In this document: positions 50,419-64,000 of the stretch, in pieces
How the letters are laid out: every line of letters starts with the position of its first letter
Position numbering within the stretch: the first letter of the stretch is position 1
Assembly: GCA_000320545.1 (NCBI GenBank)
Contig: ADNK01001382.1
Location: 1-64,000 of the forward strand
Length of the DNA stretch: 64,000 nt
Direction: 5' to 3'
Source: Bigelowiella natans CCMP2755
Lineage: Eukaryota; Protista; Cercozoa
Position numbers and translations under genes: made by a program
Notes under the pieces: model-generated
Told to the model about the DNA's origin: nothing
Databases searched by the model: none
The model's input: only the letters and a program-made list of their open reading frames with translations

Positions 50419-51395
50419 CTACTGGTCGACGCAATTCGTCTTACATTTGCGGCAACCTTGGTACCTGATGGATGTTGATTTATTGGTAGGATACATCATG
50501 CTGAAAACGGGTATTTGGCCATTAAAAACTGAGCCACGAGCTAATCACACGTTCACGCTACAAGCAAAGGGGGTATTCTACGCATAGACTTCCTCTACTT
50601 ACTCAGAACTCGCTTTAAAATCGTCCATAATCTGCGCCTTCGTCTTCGCTCCGCTTGTGCAGCGACCCGTATGAGCAGCAATCCCCGCGCTGTCCCCAGT
50701 TCTACAAAGAACTGTGCGGTATAGAAACCGAACATACCTGGTGGCAGACAATAATTTGAAAAATGGTGGAGGCGAGAGCAGAGATTTGTATTCGTAAAAG
50801 AATTGGATGATCAATGTTCTTCTTCCATCAATATTAGAAACGTTGATGGCTACTATGGGCTTGATTCCTATATTTTTAAAGGTGCTGCGGCGGCCAAAAA
50901 CCGGAAACAGAAAAATATAAACAGCCCCGTTGTCCACTGCAATACCCCCACAACGTGAACGCATCCTCTCCCCACCTACCCCTCGCATGTCTGAGGCTCC
51001 GCCATCTTGGGATTGAAGTGCGTTTTCGGGTGCACTGGGCCGCTGATGCTGTCTAGGAATACGCGGTGCGAGCCGCCGGTTTGGACATACTTGCGCATGC
51101 CCCCTGGCGTGATTGAATTCACTGTTGGGGTGGAGGTGTCAGAGTACCACGCGGCGTCCTCAAAGTCCTTTTGCCACACCCTGCCCGCGCTCTCGATTCG
51201 GTAGGTGTGGACGAACGAGGAGCGAAGAACGATGGTGATACGGTGGAAACGGTCTGTCTCAGGGACCCAGCCCATGTCTTGGTTATTGAAATGCGGCGGC
51301 AGCCTTGGCGCGCCCCTGCTGGCGGTGTTTGTGACTCCAGGATGGAAGACCACAGACAAAGTCTTCCCATTGGACCGAACACTGAGTAACAGCAC

Positions 51396-51434
<39 letters not shown>

Positions 51435-54400
51435 TAAGCCTTGCGTGCGAGCATGCTACAGGCTCTCTCAATTTGGTACTGTCGGCGTCATCATGAAAGA
51501 GAACAGGGAATACAGGAGGTTCGGCGAAGAACAACAAAGCAACGATCTGCGCAGAAATCATCGTTCAAGCGCCAGATGATCGAAGGACTACTGACGCGAA
51601 GTTTGTCGAGCTAGATCCCGGACTTGGAATATGCCATACCCCAGCCCTGACCGAGATGATGTAGTAGTTTCGCTGGCGTGTGTAGTCGGTCTTGTACATG
51701 CTCGAATGTGGCCAGTATGCGAGATTGTGGTCGTTTTGGCACCAGAGACAACGGTAGATACAGTTCTTATTGCCTGCGGCGGTAGGGGGTTGATTGGGTG
51801 TCAGCATGGGTGTGTGCGTACATTCCTAAAGATGACTACGATTCACATCATCCAAGCTTGTGAGATCGGGCAATCATCATAATCATCCATCTGGATCATC
51901 AACTCTGTCTCTCGCACTCACATAAATGCAGTCGGGCGGAGCTGGCGCAGGCTCTTCCACAAAACTCCATGTACCTACACATAGCCAGCAGCAATCGGTC
52001 CAAGTGAGTATGAGCATATGCGCACCCACATATGGCATTTATGTCTACATTTCACACGTTATTTTGACTGAATGTTTAAACTAGGAAGTGGTTGTGTAGT
52101 TGTCGTCATCGTTGCGTTCTTACTCGGCTCCACAGTCAGGTTGAGGGGAAACGCATTGCATGATATTGGACGGGCCGTGCGTAAAACCAACCGCCGACGG
52201 CGTCGGAAAGGGGGTGGGGGCGGCCGTCATCTTCTCGTACTTCAAGTTTCGCACCTGCACGAGTGCGGCTTCGTTGGTAGTACGCCTAGATGTGAAACAG
52301 GAATGTGAAGCGAATTCTACTACAATCGAAATAGCATCCGCGGCCACTTTCACCAGCGGCGGGCGTAGACATTGTCTTCTTTCCCCTCCTTTAGGCTCCC
52401 TCCTCTCCTTCCCCTTCCTCTTCGGAGACCCATCCCGCTACATGCTACTACCCGAACATGACGCGGGCTCCTTGCTTTCCGGGATAGGGGCTCGTGCTGA
52501 ATTTTCCAGTTTGGCATGCAACTGCACCATTGTAGAACACGGTCTGCCCGTCCATCTCGGTAACGCGGATCTGTACGCTCTGCCAACTGTTTAGCGCAAG
52601 GTTCTGCGGAGGGTCGCATCCAGCGCTTTAGGCGGGGGTGGGGAAGGAGAAACCGCAGTTAAGATAACGACGAGAAGACTAGAAAGGTGGTGAGCTAGGG
52701 GACATAATGAAACATAAGGAGCACGGGGAGTGGATGCAGATGCATGTACTATCTAGATTTATGTGTCGGCGCGGCACCACGTTGGCTCCATATTGCTATA
52801 ACTAACTATAAAAATACTGCAATTATTATTATTATTCAGAACACTTCCAACCGCTACAGCAGATGCACGCCGTAGGGAAAAAAGGCTTCCGCCATCACCA
52901 CCACCTCCCCCACCATCCTCATCTCCCTCCCGCTAATATCTACTCCGGCTGCTTCGAACTACTTATAATCGCTGAGTGATCCAGTGCGAATGTGCAATTT
53001 TCTCGTGCCGGAGACGACGGTCACCAGCGGCAACCGCGCTCCGATCAAGCCCGTCCTCAGCGGGTCCTCGATGTTGATGATATCACGGTAGCCGCTGCCT
53101 GTTCCTGAGAACTTGACGTCGAAGCTGAGCTGGTAATCTCGGAAGGTGTTGAGGTAGCCGAGCACCTTCCCTTTCGCTGGGGAGGCAACTTGGCCGCCGA
53201 GCATGTCAGCCGGGTTCATCCAACCTACGGAGATGTGAAGGAGGGGGGGGGGCGAAGCTGAGGGGTGAAGGAGAAGTAGAAAGAGGGGGTGGAGTGACAG
53301 GAAGCTTCCATGCGTTTTCTCTGACGCCGACCCGAGATATGACGGCATTTCATCCTCCCCCTCCCCCCCTCCCCCTTTCCCTTCATATACTGACCGGCAT
53401 CGACCCTGACGACGGCTACACGGTCGACATGTACGACTTTGGTGCTGCCAGAAGTGGCGGCGTTGATAAAACAGAGCTCGGTCGTGGGGGCTGAGGCCGA
53501 GAACTGCTTGGACATCGACGTCCAAAAGTCACGGTTTGGGACTGTCGCAGGGATGAGCCAGCCTCCATCGATCTTCACGCCGATCTTCTCGACGGCCGAC
53601 GGATCTTGGCGCCGCGACATGAAGCTTACGTTGTATCTCGCCCCCCTCTGAGTTGAGACCGACTGGCAAACCGTCTTTTGTGCACCCTCAATCACAAGAG
53701 CTTGCTTCCCCGATCTGGACTCCTTCTGCTGGCCCGGATACTTAGAATTCGGCATCACGTACCTTCATATCAGCATTGGGGAAGAAGGACAAGAGAGAGT
53801 GGGCGTTGGACGACGACGACGACGATGACGATGTAGTGAACGATCATAGGTAATGCTTCATCTTAACAATCACTATACGCGCGCGCGCACGCGCGAAAAC
53901 TCTCACGTACTCAGACAAGTGTACACATGTTCCATATGATATGGTCATCATCCCTCTCGTTTGTGTGTTGATTCAGATAGACTGCACGATGTTCCTCCCT
54001 CTGTTGTTAGAAATAGAGGGGGAAATCCGAAAGACCCCCGACGGATTTTGTCCATTGGTATGGCACACAGCGGAGGGCAGATACTCGCATGCAAAAGAGG
54101 ATGGAAACATTCGACCCCTCTCTTCTCTTCCTCCCCACCCCTTCCCATATCCCATTCCTCCATACACAATCGCTCCTCCTGAAGCTGAGGTCCATCCAGT
54201 CGGCGTCTTATAGCCCCATTGGCCTGTCTCTTGCGTCATATCGTTGTACTCGAAGTCGCCGTTGACAACCAAATTACCCTTTATTTTCATCGCTGGGGTG
54301 GCGACAGGGTATGCTGTCTGAGGCCGGTGAGAGGGGTAGGGAGACGGGTATGGGGAGGGATATCGAGACGGAGCGGCGCTTGGATACCTGAAAGGAGGGG

Positions 54401-55382
54401 GAGGAGGAGGAGGAGGAGGAGGAGGAGGAGGAGGAGGGGGGGGACAAAATAATATACCACACAAGGACAGAATGAGAGGAGAAGCACTGCAGAATCCTTT
54501 CACGCATTCCCCCTGCCTCTCCCACCCCCTATCTATCTCTGAACATCCCTTAAAAATATAACTCAGTAGCAAACAACCAGTATCATTATCCTCATCATCC
54601 ACATCATCATCATTATCATCATCATCATCATTATCTCCCACTTCGTGGGTGCCGGCGACGGAAACTTGGTTGGGTAGCCCGTGGGGTATCTCGTGGGCGC
54701 ATCCGTAGGCTTGGGGGTGGGGAACTTGGAGGGTTGGTTCGTTGGGAATTTCGTCGGAATGGGGGTGGGGAACTTCGACGGCTGCGGTGTCGGATACTTG
54801 GTTGGGATTGGCGTTGGAAACCTACACGAAGGATGTCACGATAGCAGCAGCAGCAGTAGTCAGTCAGTCAGTCAGTCAGTCAGTCAGTCAGGCACAGCTT
54901 CAGTACAGAATCATCACTTGCAGAGACATTGAAGAAGGAGTTGTTAGCTAGAAACGATGGGAGTCGTCGATGTGTGCAGCAGTAGAGTAGTAGTAGTTGT
55001 TGTAGTAGTTGTAGTAATAGTGGTGGTGCTAAAACTAGTAGCTTATAACGCAAATCGCCGTGTGCACGCATACACGACTACACACGGCCACCGCAAACGA
55101 TTGCCACGCAGAGCATCATTACTTCGTGGGCTGGCACGTTGGGAAAGGCGTTGGATATTTGGTGGGGTATCCGGTGGGGATGGGTGTAGGGAACTTGGTG
55201 GGAACAGGAGTGGGGAATTTCGTCGGGACGTGTGTTGGAAACTTTGTTGGATATTTTGTCGGCAACGGGGTGGGGTAGCCAGATGGGTATCTGATGATGA
55301 GGGGTGACACACAAGAAGTCGATGATGACAGCAGCAGGGGAGATAAATACATTCCCTCGCCACCACAAGCACATTCAGCATT

Positions 55383-55417
<35 letters not shown>

Positions 55418-55543
55418 ATACACAGAGCGAGCTCTCAGAGGCAGGCGCAACAATATGATTTCGATACAACTACGCGTACACGTCAAATTTCAACCATTTC
55501 CAATCCAAAAAATAGCAACGCTGTGGTAGTTAGTGGTGAGAGG

Positions 55544-55575
<32 letters not shown>

Positions 55576-55871
55576 AGCATACCTTGTAGGGACTTTCGTA
55601 GGAGATGGCGTGGGACATTCAAACGCCTCGTAGTACTGGTGAATCTGTGCCCACGTGACGACGACGAAGATAATGAGAATTATGTAGAAATTGATTCATA
55701 TGATCGATCATTGGTTCATTTTTCAGCTGAAATAATGGGTGGCTTTCAATACTAACTCCATTATAACCCCCCCCCCCCCCCCCTCTCTCTCTCTCTCTAT
55801 TCATATATGAATGCAAAACGATAGCACAAATATCCGACGCAACGCATAGTCGGTAGATTTGTAACAGTATA

Positions 55872-55924
<53 letters not shown>

Positions 55925-56502
55925 TAATTTATTTATTTATATTGATGGTACACGCGAAAGATCCCCCCCGCCTCCCCCCCCAAATTTTGCTTAGAGTCTT
56001 GGTAAGTGTGAAGCTCTGCCGTCTATTATCATGACGATGCTTTACCCCTTCATCGCCGATGTACTTGCTCCAGACAACCGATTCGCTCATCCATCCGTTT
56101 ATATTCCCTGCGATCATGGTCATTTAGCAACATCGTCGTCGCCACTACCACCACCGCCGCCGCCCCATCGGCGCAGCTTCGTATGTATGTCGATGTGCAT
56201 GTTTGTGCGGAGGAGGGTGGAGGAAGAAGAAGGGTGCACGAGATGTGGATGTGTCTTATTTTGTTGCGGGTATAGTGTAGAGAGATCATGGAGAACGAAG
56301 TACACGCACAAACACACGCACGCACACGCACGCACACACCGTGATTGCAACACTCCCGTTGTCCTGAGAGAAACAATCAACGACGAACAGGGAATAAATT
56401 AGAAGAAGAGGAGTCGCTAGCACACTTAACAAAGACGTACCGAATGAGAATCGATCGCTATCACTCGACATTGGGTAGCCTCTGCGGTGTAATATAAATA
56501 TT

Positions 56503-56541
<39 letters not shown>

Positions 56542-57435
56542 TGTAATATCTCAACCCATAAAGTACACGTGCGCTCGCACGTGTTCATATGCACACGGAG
56601 AGTGTGAAAAATCGCTTCCCCCTCGACGGTGGTAATCATGGCACAAACAGCGGCCCTCTTCACATCCACAATGCCCACCACGAACGCAGCATGCTTATTC
56701 TTTACATTCAGCGATGTGCAGATCTTACCGATTGTCAGTCACGGTGTTCATCCTTCTCCCGTTGATATACAGCATTGACGACTAAGAAGGTTAGCAGTAG
56801 CACAACAGGTTGGCAAACGAGGAGTCGGCCTTTTCTACTTCCAAAATCTCTCCTCGCGCGAGCCCGCATGCGCCACATCGACCTCATCATCACACGTTCA
56901 GCCTGAAATGCTACTCTATTTAATTGCCCTTTAATCTCCCACCTTCCCCCCCCCCCCCCTTTGTTGCACACCCCAGAGCTAGTCGAGTAAGCGCCGCAGA
57001 GGTGGTTCCTGAGGACAAAGTATCATCATTCTCGCTGCCGGGGAAGCAGACAGGTTTGCACGATACGATTTCCATCTTCCCTACCAATGAGCCTGTTTCG
57101 TGATTAAGCGAAACTCATGCTCGCTCACTACTGCCAGTAGGAACGAGATGTGGAGAGAGAGTGTGTGTGTGTTGGGAGTTGTTTGTTGCTGTTTTCTCCT
57201 AACCATTTGTTCGGGTATTGGACAGCGGCGCAGGAGCCATACTGCCAGCCCTTCGAAATACGATGGGGAATGAAGCACATCTGAGGCATAGAAGGGGGGG
57301 AGGAGAATTAGACAGAGCTGCATAGTATAGTACCCTATCTTCTGTGATAGGTGACGATACTACTAAATAGAATGTCACCACGTCTGCGTGAGAATATAGT
57401 TGTCTTCGTCTCTTCTACCTCCCCCCCCCCCTCCC

Positions 57436-57467
<32 letters not shown>

Positions 57468-57828
57468 GCACATACCGTCGCATGATCCCAGCTTGTCGTT
57501 CCTAGAATCCATTGAGAATATCTGGCGACACATCAGGAGTCACAAAGCGGACGACACTACATGCACGCGAGACGGAAAGCTTCATTAGGTTTGCTCGCTA
57601 GAGGAAAGAATTTTCTTTTGAGTCTTCCAAAGCTTGGTCTACTAGAATTGAGGTGCTGTTCCAACTACTCCCTACCACCCAGCCCTGTTACCACGGAGAA
57701 GACGATGACGACAACGACACGTAACATCGAAAGGAGAGAAAAGTAATTTAGAGTTTCTTCCCTACTTGCTCATGACTTGCCACACCCCGCCATAATCTGC
57801 AGGGAGGGAAAACAGAAGTAGATAGATA

Positions 57829-57864
<36 letters not shown>

Positions 57865-58061
57865 ATATATTTATATATATTTTGCGAAACGCATGGCCAA
57901 AGGTTCTCGAAATCTCAAGATATTCTCCCCCTGTGCCGCCCTATTTAGGAAGCCAAACTTACATGATATGTGGTCAGTCTTGATCCACGTGCACACCTAA
58001 GGGAAGGAGGCCATAAAGGGGATTTCGTCTTATTTTTACTTCTATTTAACTAGTAGTAATG

Positions 58062-58092
<31 letters not shown>

Positions 58093-58649
58093 GAATGCTG
58101 ATAGTACCGTGACTTCTTCTCTTGTATTGATGCCGTAGACATCTACCCAGCCCCTCTGAAATCACATATATGCGCGATGTGGTCGATGAGGGAGGGGTAA
58201 CACGCATTCATCCCCGCACACAGACAGACTCACTCGCTCCCACTTTCTCCCACACATATGGGCACATTTCAATGAAGAAGATGGTGATATGAAAGTCCCT
58301 TTCGGACGTATATTTCACCCCCTCGTGTTGTCATCACTAGTTTTATAGAATATATTCAACCGATCCACTGGAGCTTCCTAACCCAGTGAGACGCAACGCC
58401 CAGCTTTATAGATAGGAAACACACACACACACACGCACACACGCGCGCGCGCGCGAAATGCTGTCAATGTATAAAAATTGTGATTCATCTAATACCAAGC
58501 ACAAATATTCATCTCCGCACAAGCGCAGCAATCTCATTTTGACGACGAAATGTCACCCGTGTGGAGCTCCTGTGATTGTCTTCAAGGTTGTAGTTCCGCG
58601 CCGCTGCCCATGGCGATCTTTGCAAATTAGTATCCACACACAGACACAC

Positions 58650-58693
<44 letters not shown>

Positions 58694-58703
58694 ATATTTG
58701 TGG

Positions 58704-58735
<32 letters not shown>

Positions 58736-59055
58736 CTGCTTCATCGCTATGTAAATGTGATTGTGGGACGTACAGCATCATCATCAACGGTTCTGTTTTT
58801 TCACACGAAGTGCAGGACCATCAAGTAATAATTTATACGTCACATCTGCGTACTTTTTCCAGAGTAGTCGTTATATGAGTTGATCCACCTCCACCATCTA
58901 AATCAACATTCATTCTCTTATACATGCAGGCATCAGCTGGCTGGCTGCTGCGGTGTGAAGCATGATGTCAATGGGGGCCACGATTGCCTATTTTACTAGG
59001 TGTGTTACCCTTCCAAGTTCGCTGTTGATGTGACGGGATAACTGCAATGATGGAT

Positions 59056-59141
<86 letters not shown>

Positions 59142-59292
59142 AAACTATTTCAGTGGGCTTGGTGAGTCAATGTTCCCACAAGAAATGTTTGGTTTCGCAT
59201 GAAGAGAAAGAAACAGAGAGAGAACGAGAGAGAACGAGAGAGAAAGAGAGGGAAGGAGAATTCCCATGATGATAAGGGCTAAAAGATGGACT

Positions 59293-59352
<60 letters not shown>

Positions 59353-60610
59353 GTGTGTGTGTGTGTGTGTGTGCGTACACGTGTTGCTGAAAAGAGAGTA
59401 GGAACGAAAAGGAGAAGAGAGCACGGGCAAGGCCAACGCGACAATATACCTCGAAGTTGGATTGCAGTATTTGCAGCAGTAGGCATTGCTATTGGACGTT
59501 CTGAGAGGGTTGAGAAGGACGATTAGAGGCTCGGCAAAGGAATTCAACAAAGCTCATTAGAAGCGGTGCTTCCTAATCAACACGAAAATCCACCATTTAT
59601 CATTCGCCAAGAGCAAATGATAAATAGTGACGAGCCCTTGCGAACGACAGACCCCCCCCATTGCACCGAGACATAAGTGTATTTAACACACAATCACCAC
59701 AGTTGTCATCCTAGCTGCGCATCATGTGCTCTTGGTGGTTGAGAAGCAAAGACCTGCAGCCTGTGAATCGGTGATTTCTACCATTCCCAGCACACCCGCT
59801 CCGTCCGATAAACATGTAGTAGCTGAGCAGCGTGATTATCGGCATGTTTCAAAGTAAGAAGAATGGCTTCTTCATCACTTGAGGACAATGACAAACTCAC
59901 GTTTCTTTGTTTTCACGCATCGCAAAAGTGAACGGCCGAAACTACAGGAGTCACTTACAATTGGCATCATCATCATCCTCATCATCCTCATCAATAAATA
60001 TCTTCTCTCTTTCTTCTCCTGTGATCTTACTAGGAAGTCGTCGAGTCGGCGATGAACATGCAACTGCAGTACTGCGATTTACGACGACGACGACCGAACG
60101 ACCGACCGACAAGAAACAGACAATGATTAGGTGGGTTATCCATTAAAAAACAAATCGTCACAAAGCACTCATGCTAGCATGCAAGCCCGCGAGCACACGC
60201 ACGCGCTCACAGCCGCAAAACTGTAGAGATAGATGTCTCGGAACCCAAGTTGGTGCGAGATGGCCCCACACGCCATTCCTCTTTCAACAACTCTATCGTC
60301 TTTTGAGACCGTTACTGGTTGTTTATCTCGGAATACCTTCTTCATCAAGAACTACCTCTTTTTGCCACATCTCTCCCAGTGTGCATAAGGTTTCTCCCTG
60401 CGCAATCGAGTTAGAAGAGTATCACTTAATAATGCCGATGTATTGAATTCCCTCTACAAATCCTCCACCCGTAGTCCTTCTACTTTCGTGACTTTCCCGC
60501 TGTCACTACAACAGTCAATAAATTGCTCTCTTACATAATCTTCGCAGCGGCTTTGGCCTGCATCTCTGTTGGAGCAACGATAGGATCCTGCATGTGCGCG
60601 TTCACGTGTT

Positions 60611-60644
<34 letters not shown>

Positions 60645-60942
60645 ATGCCTCAACAATTTTGAATTTAATGCTTACAAAGTATACCGCCCCCCCCCCCCCC
60701 CCCTGTTCGAAAATATGCTACGATACTAAATTGACGTTCGTAAACACGCATTCATCCATGTCATATTATATACACATATGTGTTCGTGTGTGCGCATAGT
60801 GTACAAATAAAAGGGTATCACCTCCACTACAATGCCGCAGCGTTCCCGATTTCAGTTCTGGTGTGTCCATACACGTGTACACGGCATCTTGGAGCTGAGC
60901 AGTATTCAACAATCCATTATATGGTGGCGTGCGCTCTCTCGC

Positions 60943-60978
<36 letters not shown>

Positions 60979-60999
60979 GTCTGTCTGTCTGTCTGTGTG

Positions 61000-61080
<81 letters not shown>

Positions 61081-61627
61081 TGAGAAAGAGAGGGAGTACA
61101 CTGTGCAACCATCATCACAACCTTTGCGTTTGCCGCTCCATACCACGGGCTTCCGGTGTAAAAACTGCATGGGTGGGGGGTAAACAAACGGGATATGTCA
61201 ACCTATTGCATTCGAGGTTTGATAGAGTGTATGTATTCAAGAAACGGCCGTGATCTTGCTGTGTGGGCATTTCGCATTGGGGGAGACAAAAGGGCTGTTG
61301 GGATAAAAACAGTGATGCAGGAAACTATATATATATATATATATATATTTGCACGCAGAAAACATGATATTTCAAGAAGAATTTCACTAGGAATGAAAAA
61401 GAACCATGGTGCTGCTATCCTCCATCTTTCCAATGACATTTATCATCATCAAAATCATCATCATCGTCATCGTCATCATCATAATCGTATTCAGTATTAT
61501 GTAATTTGTCAATATCTTCATCATACTAGGTTCCAGCGGAGTTAGGCCAGAAGCCACTTATCGTCATTGTGTTTACAAGCCCATCGTTCACGTAAATACG
61601 AAGCTGCGGACGGTGGTGCATTTATTT

Positions 61628-61675
<48 letters not shown>

Positions 61676-63823
61676 TGTTTGTGTGTGTGTGTGTGAGTGT
61701 TGTGCGAGTATTAAAAGGTACGAATGGTGTCCACATGGCATCTGTCAGTCAAACGTGATTCGGAGGGAGTGGGAGAGTTCGTGGCTGGTAAGAGACTACC
61801 CGGTTATAGTCTGCAATGAGTTTTATTCTTGTCCACACATTTCGCGGAAGGTTACCTTGAATTGCGACAAGAATTAAACAGGAATTAAACAAGTTGTCCA
61901 TTGATTGGGATGTGTGGATTCTTACAAAAAAGACTCAGGATTTCGTATTTTTATCATCTCAACTTACTTCCTTCGGATAAATAAGCCCGTTAAAATCATT
62001 ATCATCACCATCACCACCACCATACTATCATTACGATGATTTCATCATCAACTATTCATCCTCACTTGGATATAAATAGCAGCTTGATGATGTCGCTGCG
62101 TTCGTTTGGCACACTTGGAACCGATAGGTATTCGGGTACATACTGCAACAGGAGGGTAAGACAGAGAGGGGGGACGGGCCAAAGAGCTATAGTTAGAAGC
62201 GCGTACACGATACAACAATGCCAATGCATTCGGAGCCCACCCCAACATTTAAAACTTCCTATCGACCGAAATCACAACACACGGGGACATCAGAGAGATT
62301 ATTCATGTCGTCTCAAACTGATGATTCGATTGTGCTATATTTAACTGCTGGATCTGGTGAAATATTACAGGATACGCGGGGAATGCGCGGAGTTCTGGTT
62401 ATTCGTGATATGAATGATGCCACGGTAACTGCCGTGAGTTGCTGAGAGAGTGAAGGGGGGTTACAAACAATTCAGGCCTTGTTTAAGCGTCTTCTGAATA
62501 TGACGAATTTTGTGGTAACAGTATTAGTCAGGACAACCAGTAGGGTATATCTTGAACTCCAAGTGATACGCTTGGCAGTTTACGCTGAAAAGGGGGTGGT
62601 ATGTGAAAGCAAAGAGTAAAGCCGGCAAAATAGAACGAACTGATTTCTTCACAAAGGAAATGGTCGATTGGGGTGAAGGCACAGGCAAGAAGAAACTTTT
62701 CCTCAACTCCTTTGGTTCATGTCTGAATGAATCTTTGTCGAGCCGGCAAAAGGATAAGGAAACGAGACGATAAAAAATATTGAATTACCCGTATCGTATT
62801 TGCTTGTATGCGATGTTTTCCTCCCCCCCAACCAACGTCCATGCTGTGTGACCTGAATGAAGACGGACATGAGAGTGGTTGAGCAACATCAGACTGCCAC
62901 CGAGGCACGCATACTTCTAGATTTATCATGTTGAATCGTGTATGGTTGCATGTTGACGTAGCCGTATCTTCGTATATATCCGTACCACGGAGGTGATCTG
63001 GAGTTGACTGAGCTCCTATTAATTAGAAGCAAAATAGTGAGATTTTGTGGAGATTAGAGGAAGGAGACAATTTGAGAGAAAGAGGGGGAAGGGGGAGAGG
63101 AAAAGCGAAGTATGGAGAGACCAATTGTTCTATGAAGACCATGGTGGATTAGTTGGCCTGACCTGCATTGTAAATACTCAACGCAATGAACAGAGCGGAG
63201 AAGAGAACCCGCATACGTTTCAGCCACCGAGCGCGGCACCGACGAGCGTATCTAGGAGCATAATACGCATTTGTGAATTCTCTCACAAATGAAAGGATCT
63301 CTTGTTCAGATTTGCACAAGTTCAAGTTCAAGTTCGCAAACAAACTCACTATCCTCCTGATTCAATACGATTCACCGCCCCAAAAATCTTCTGACATTTC
63401 TCACCCGCCTCATCCCTCCCCTGGCCATCTTCCAACACTACCTACAACGCTTAGTGCACCCCTCTACGCGATCAAGACAACTGCCGAGTGCTGAAGGAGC
63501 GCTTTCCGCCACAGGGCCGTTGCCAGAGTTACCGCTCGGTTACAGCTCTCGTGAGCGCGTACGTTAGTTATCGGACAGCCTTTTTCTGTTGTGCACTATC
63601 CCAAAACATGCTCCTCAAAATTGGCCAGAAAAGCGATGACCAACAACGCAAGAGTAACGGAGTGCGATATTTCTTTCGTGGTAGTACCAGGGGTGAATTT
63701 TAACTTATCGAGACGGGACCCATTCCTTACAAGACGCAACGGGGATTTATCGATTTTGTTTAGCTTTTGCAAGCGCGAACCGCGTGTCATGTCGTGAGCT
63801 ACGACAAAGGCGACCGCGGCCAT
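50419..63823 (-). CDS. Large multi-exon putative secreted/surface protein: LamG/concanavalin-like domains, Pro/Thr stalk, galactose-binding (CBM/DUF642-like) domain, C-terminal DUF4214-like domain; 5' extent uncertain, could be two genes
   Basis: LamG-like exons LRIYVNDGLVN (~61570), VCTWIKT (~57985), SMLYINGRR (~56760), GNINGWMSESVVWSK (~56080). PTKFPT/PSRYPS repeats at 54300-55640. GNLVVNGDFE..PTGW and QSVSTQRGARYNVSF (53390-54290). Ends YVRFLYRTVLCRTGDSAG..IMDDFKASSEYQGCRKCKTNCVDQ*. Confidence 0.6.
54300..55640 (-). repeat. Coding Pro/Thr tetrapeptide repeats (PTKF/PTPV/PSPY) spread over several exons
   Basis: YPTPLPTKYPTKFPTHVPTKFPTPVPTKFPTPIPTGYPTKYPT (55122-55290), with similar tracts at 54643-54822 and 54300-54388. 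Confidence 0.85.
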
Positions 63824-64000
63824 CCATTCCCGAAAAAAGGTTGTCGCACCAGCGGGGGAAGAGCATGCTTCGCACGGTTGGGCAACAAACTTCCGAAGTT
63901 TCCCGGAAGCCTAGGCGAACTGTCCAAGCAGCGGAAGGGATTTAGCCCTCTTGAGAGCGATTCCTGCTATTTTTTGGCCCAGTTTTATCTGACGTCTGCC

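Larger units (their letters stand above)
1..62040. repeat. Pervasive intronic microsatellites: (CA)n, (GA)n, (TA)n, (CAT)n, (TAC)n, (GGA)n, poly-G/C
   Basis: Many perfect tracts, often compound, e.g. (CA)n(GA)n(G)n at ~579-650 and (TA)n(TG)n at ~6871-6923 and ~24556-24622. Confidence 0.95.

Noticed and set aside
59057-61253. Many short ORFs with CVCVCV, ERERER, YIYIYI and LSLSLS runs (here and throughout the window)
   Set aside because: They are translations of intronic microsatellites, not genes.

Overview
Eukaryotic nuclear DNA with many GT-AG introns packed with microsatellites. The style suggests a protist, possibly a chlorarachniophyte, but this is unproven. Manual splicing gives nine genes in strictly alternating orientation (- + - + - + - + -). 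In order: an alpha/beta-hydrolase (3' end outside the window), a WD40-SAM-CaaX protein, a PTEN/tensin-type phosphatase-C2 protein, BiP (ER Hsp70), an MMPL/RND transporter with a Cys-rich insert, a PH-Clu-RhoGAP-TPR protein, a truncated PYROXD2-like pseudogene, a large ankyrin-Roc-COR gene, and a secreted LamG/Pro-Thr/DUF4214-like protein. The best candidate for an undescribed system is the ROCO locus (38473-49270). It appears to splice in frame into EF-hand-like, CHAT (caspase-like) and STAND NTPase modules. Its ankyrin repeats are single 99-bp exons in near-identical exon+intron cassettes that differ only at putative ligand-facing codons. A second pattern is that CTAG/AGCT-palindrome-rich tracts occur at all four convergent gene junctions. 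All gene models were spliced by eye and need RNA-seq or HMM confirmation.
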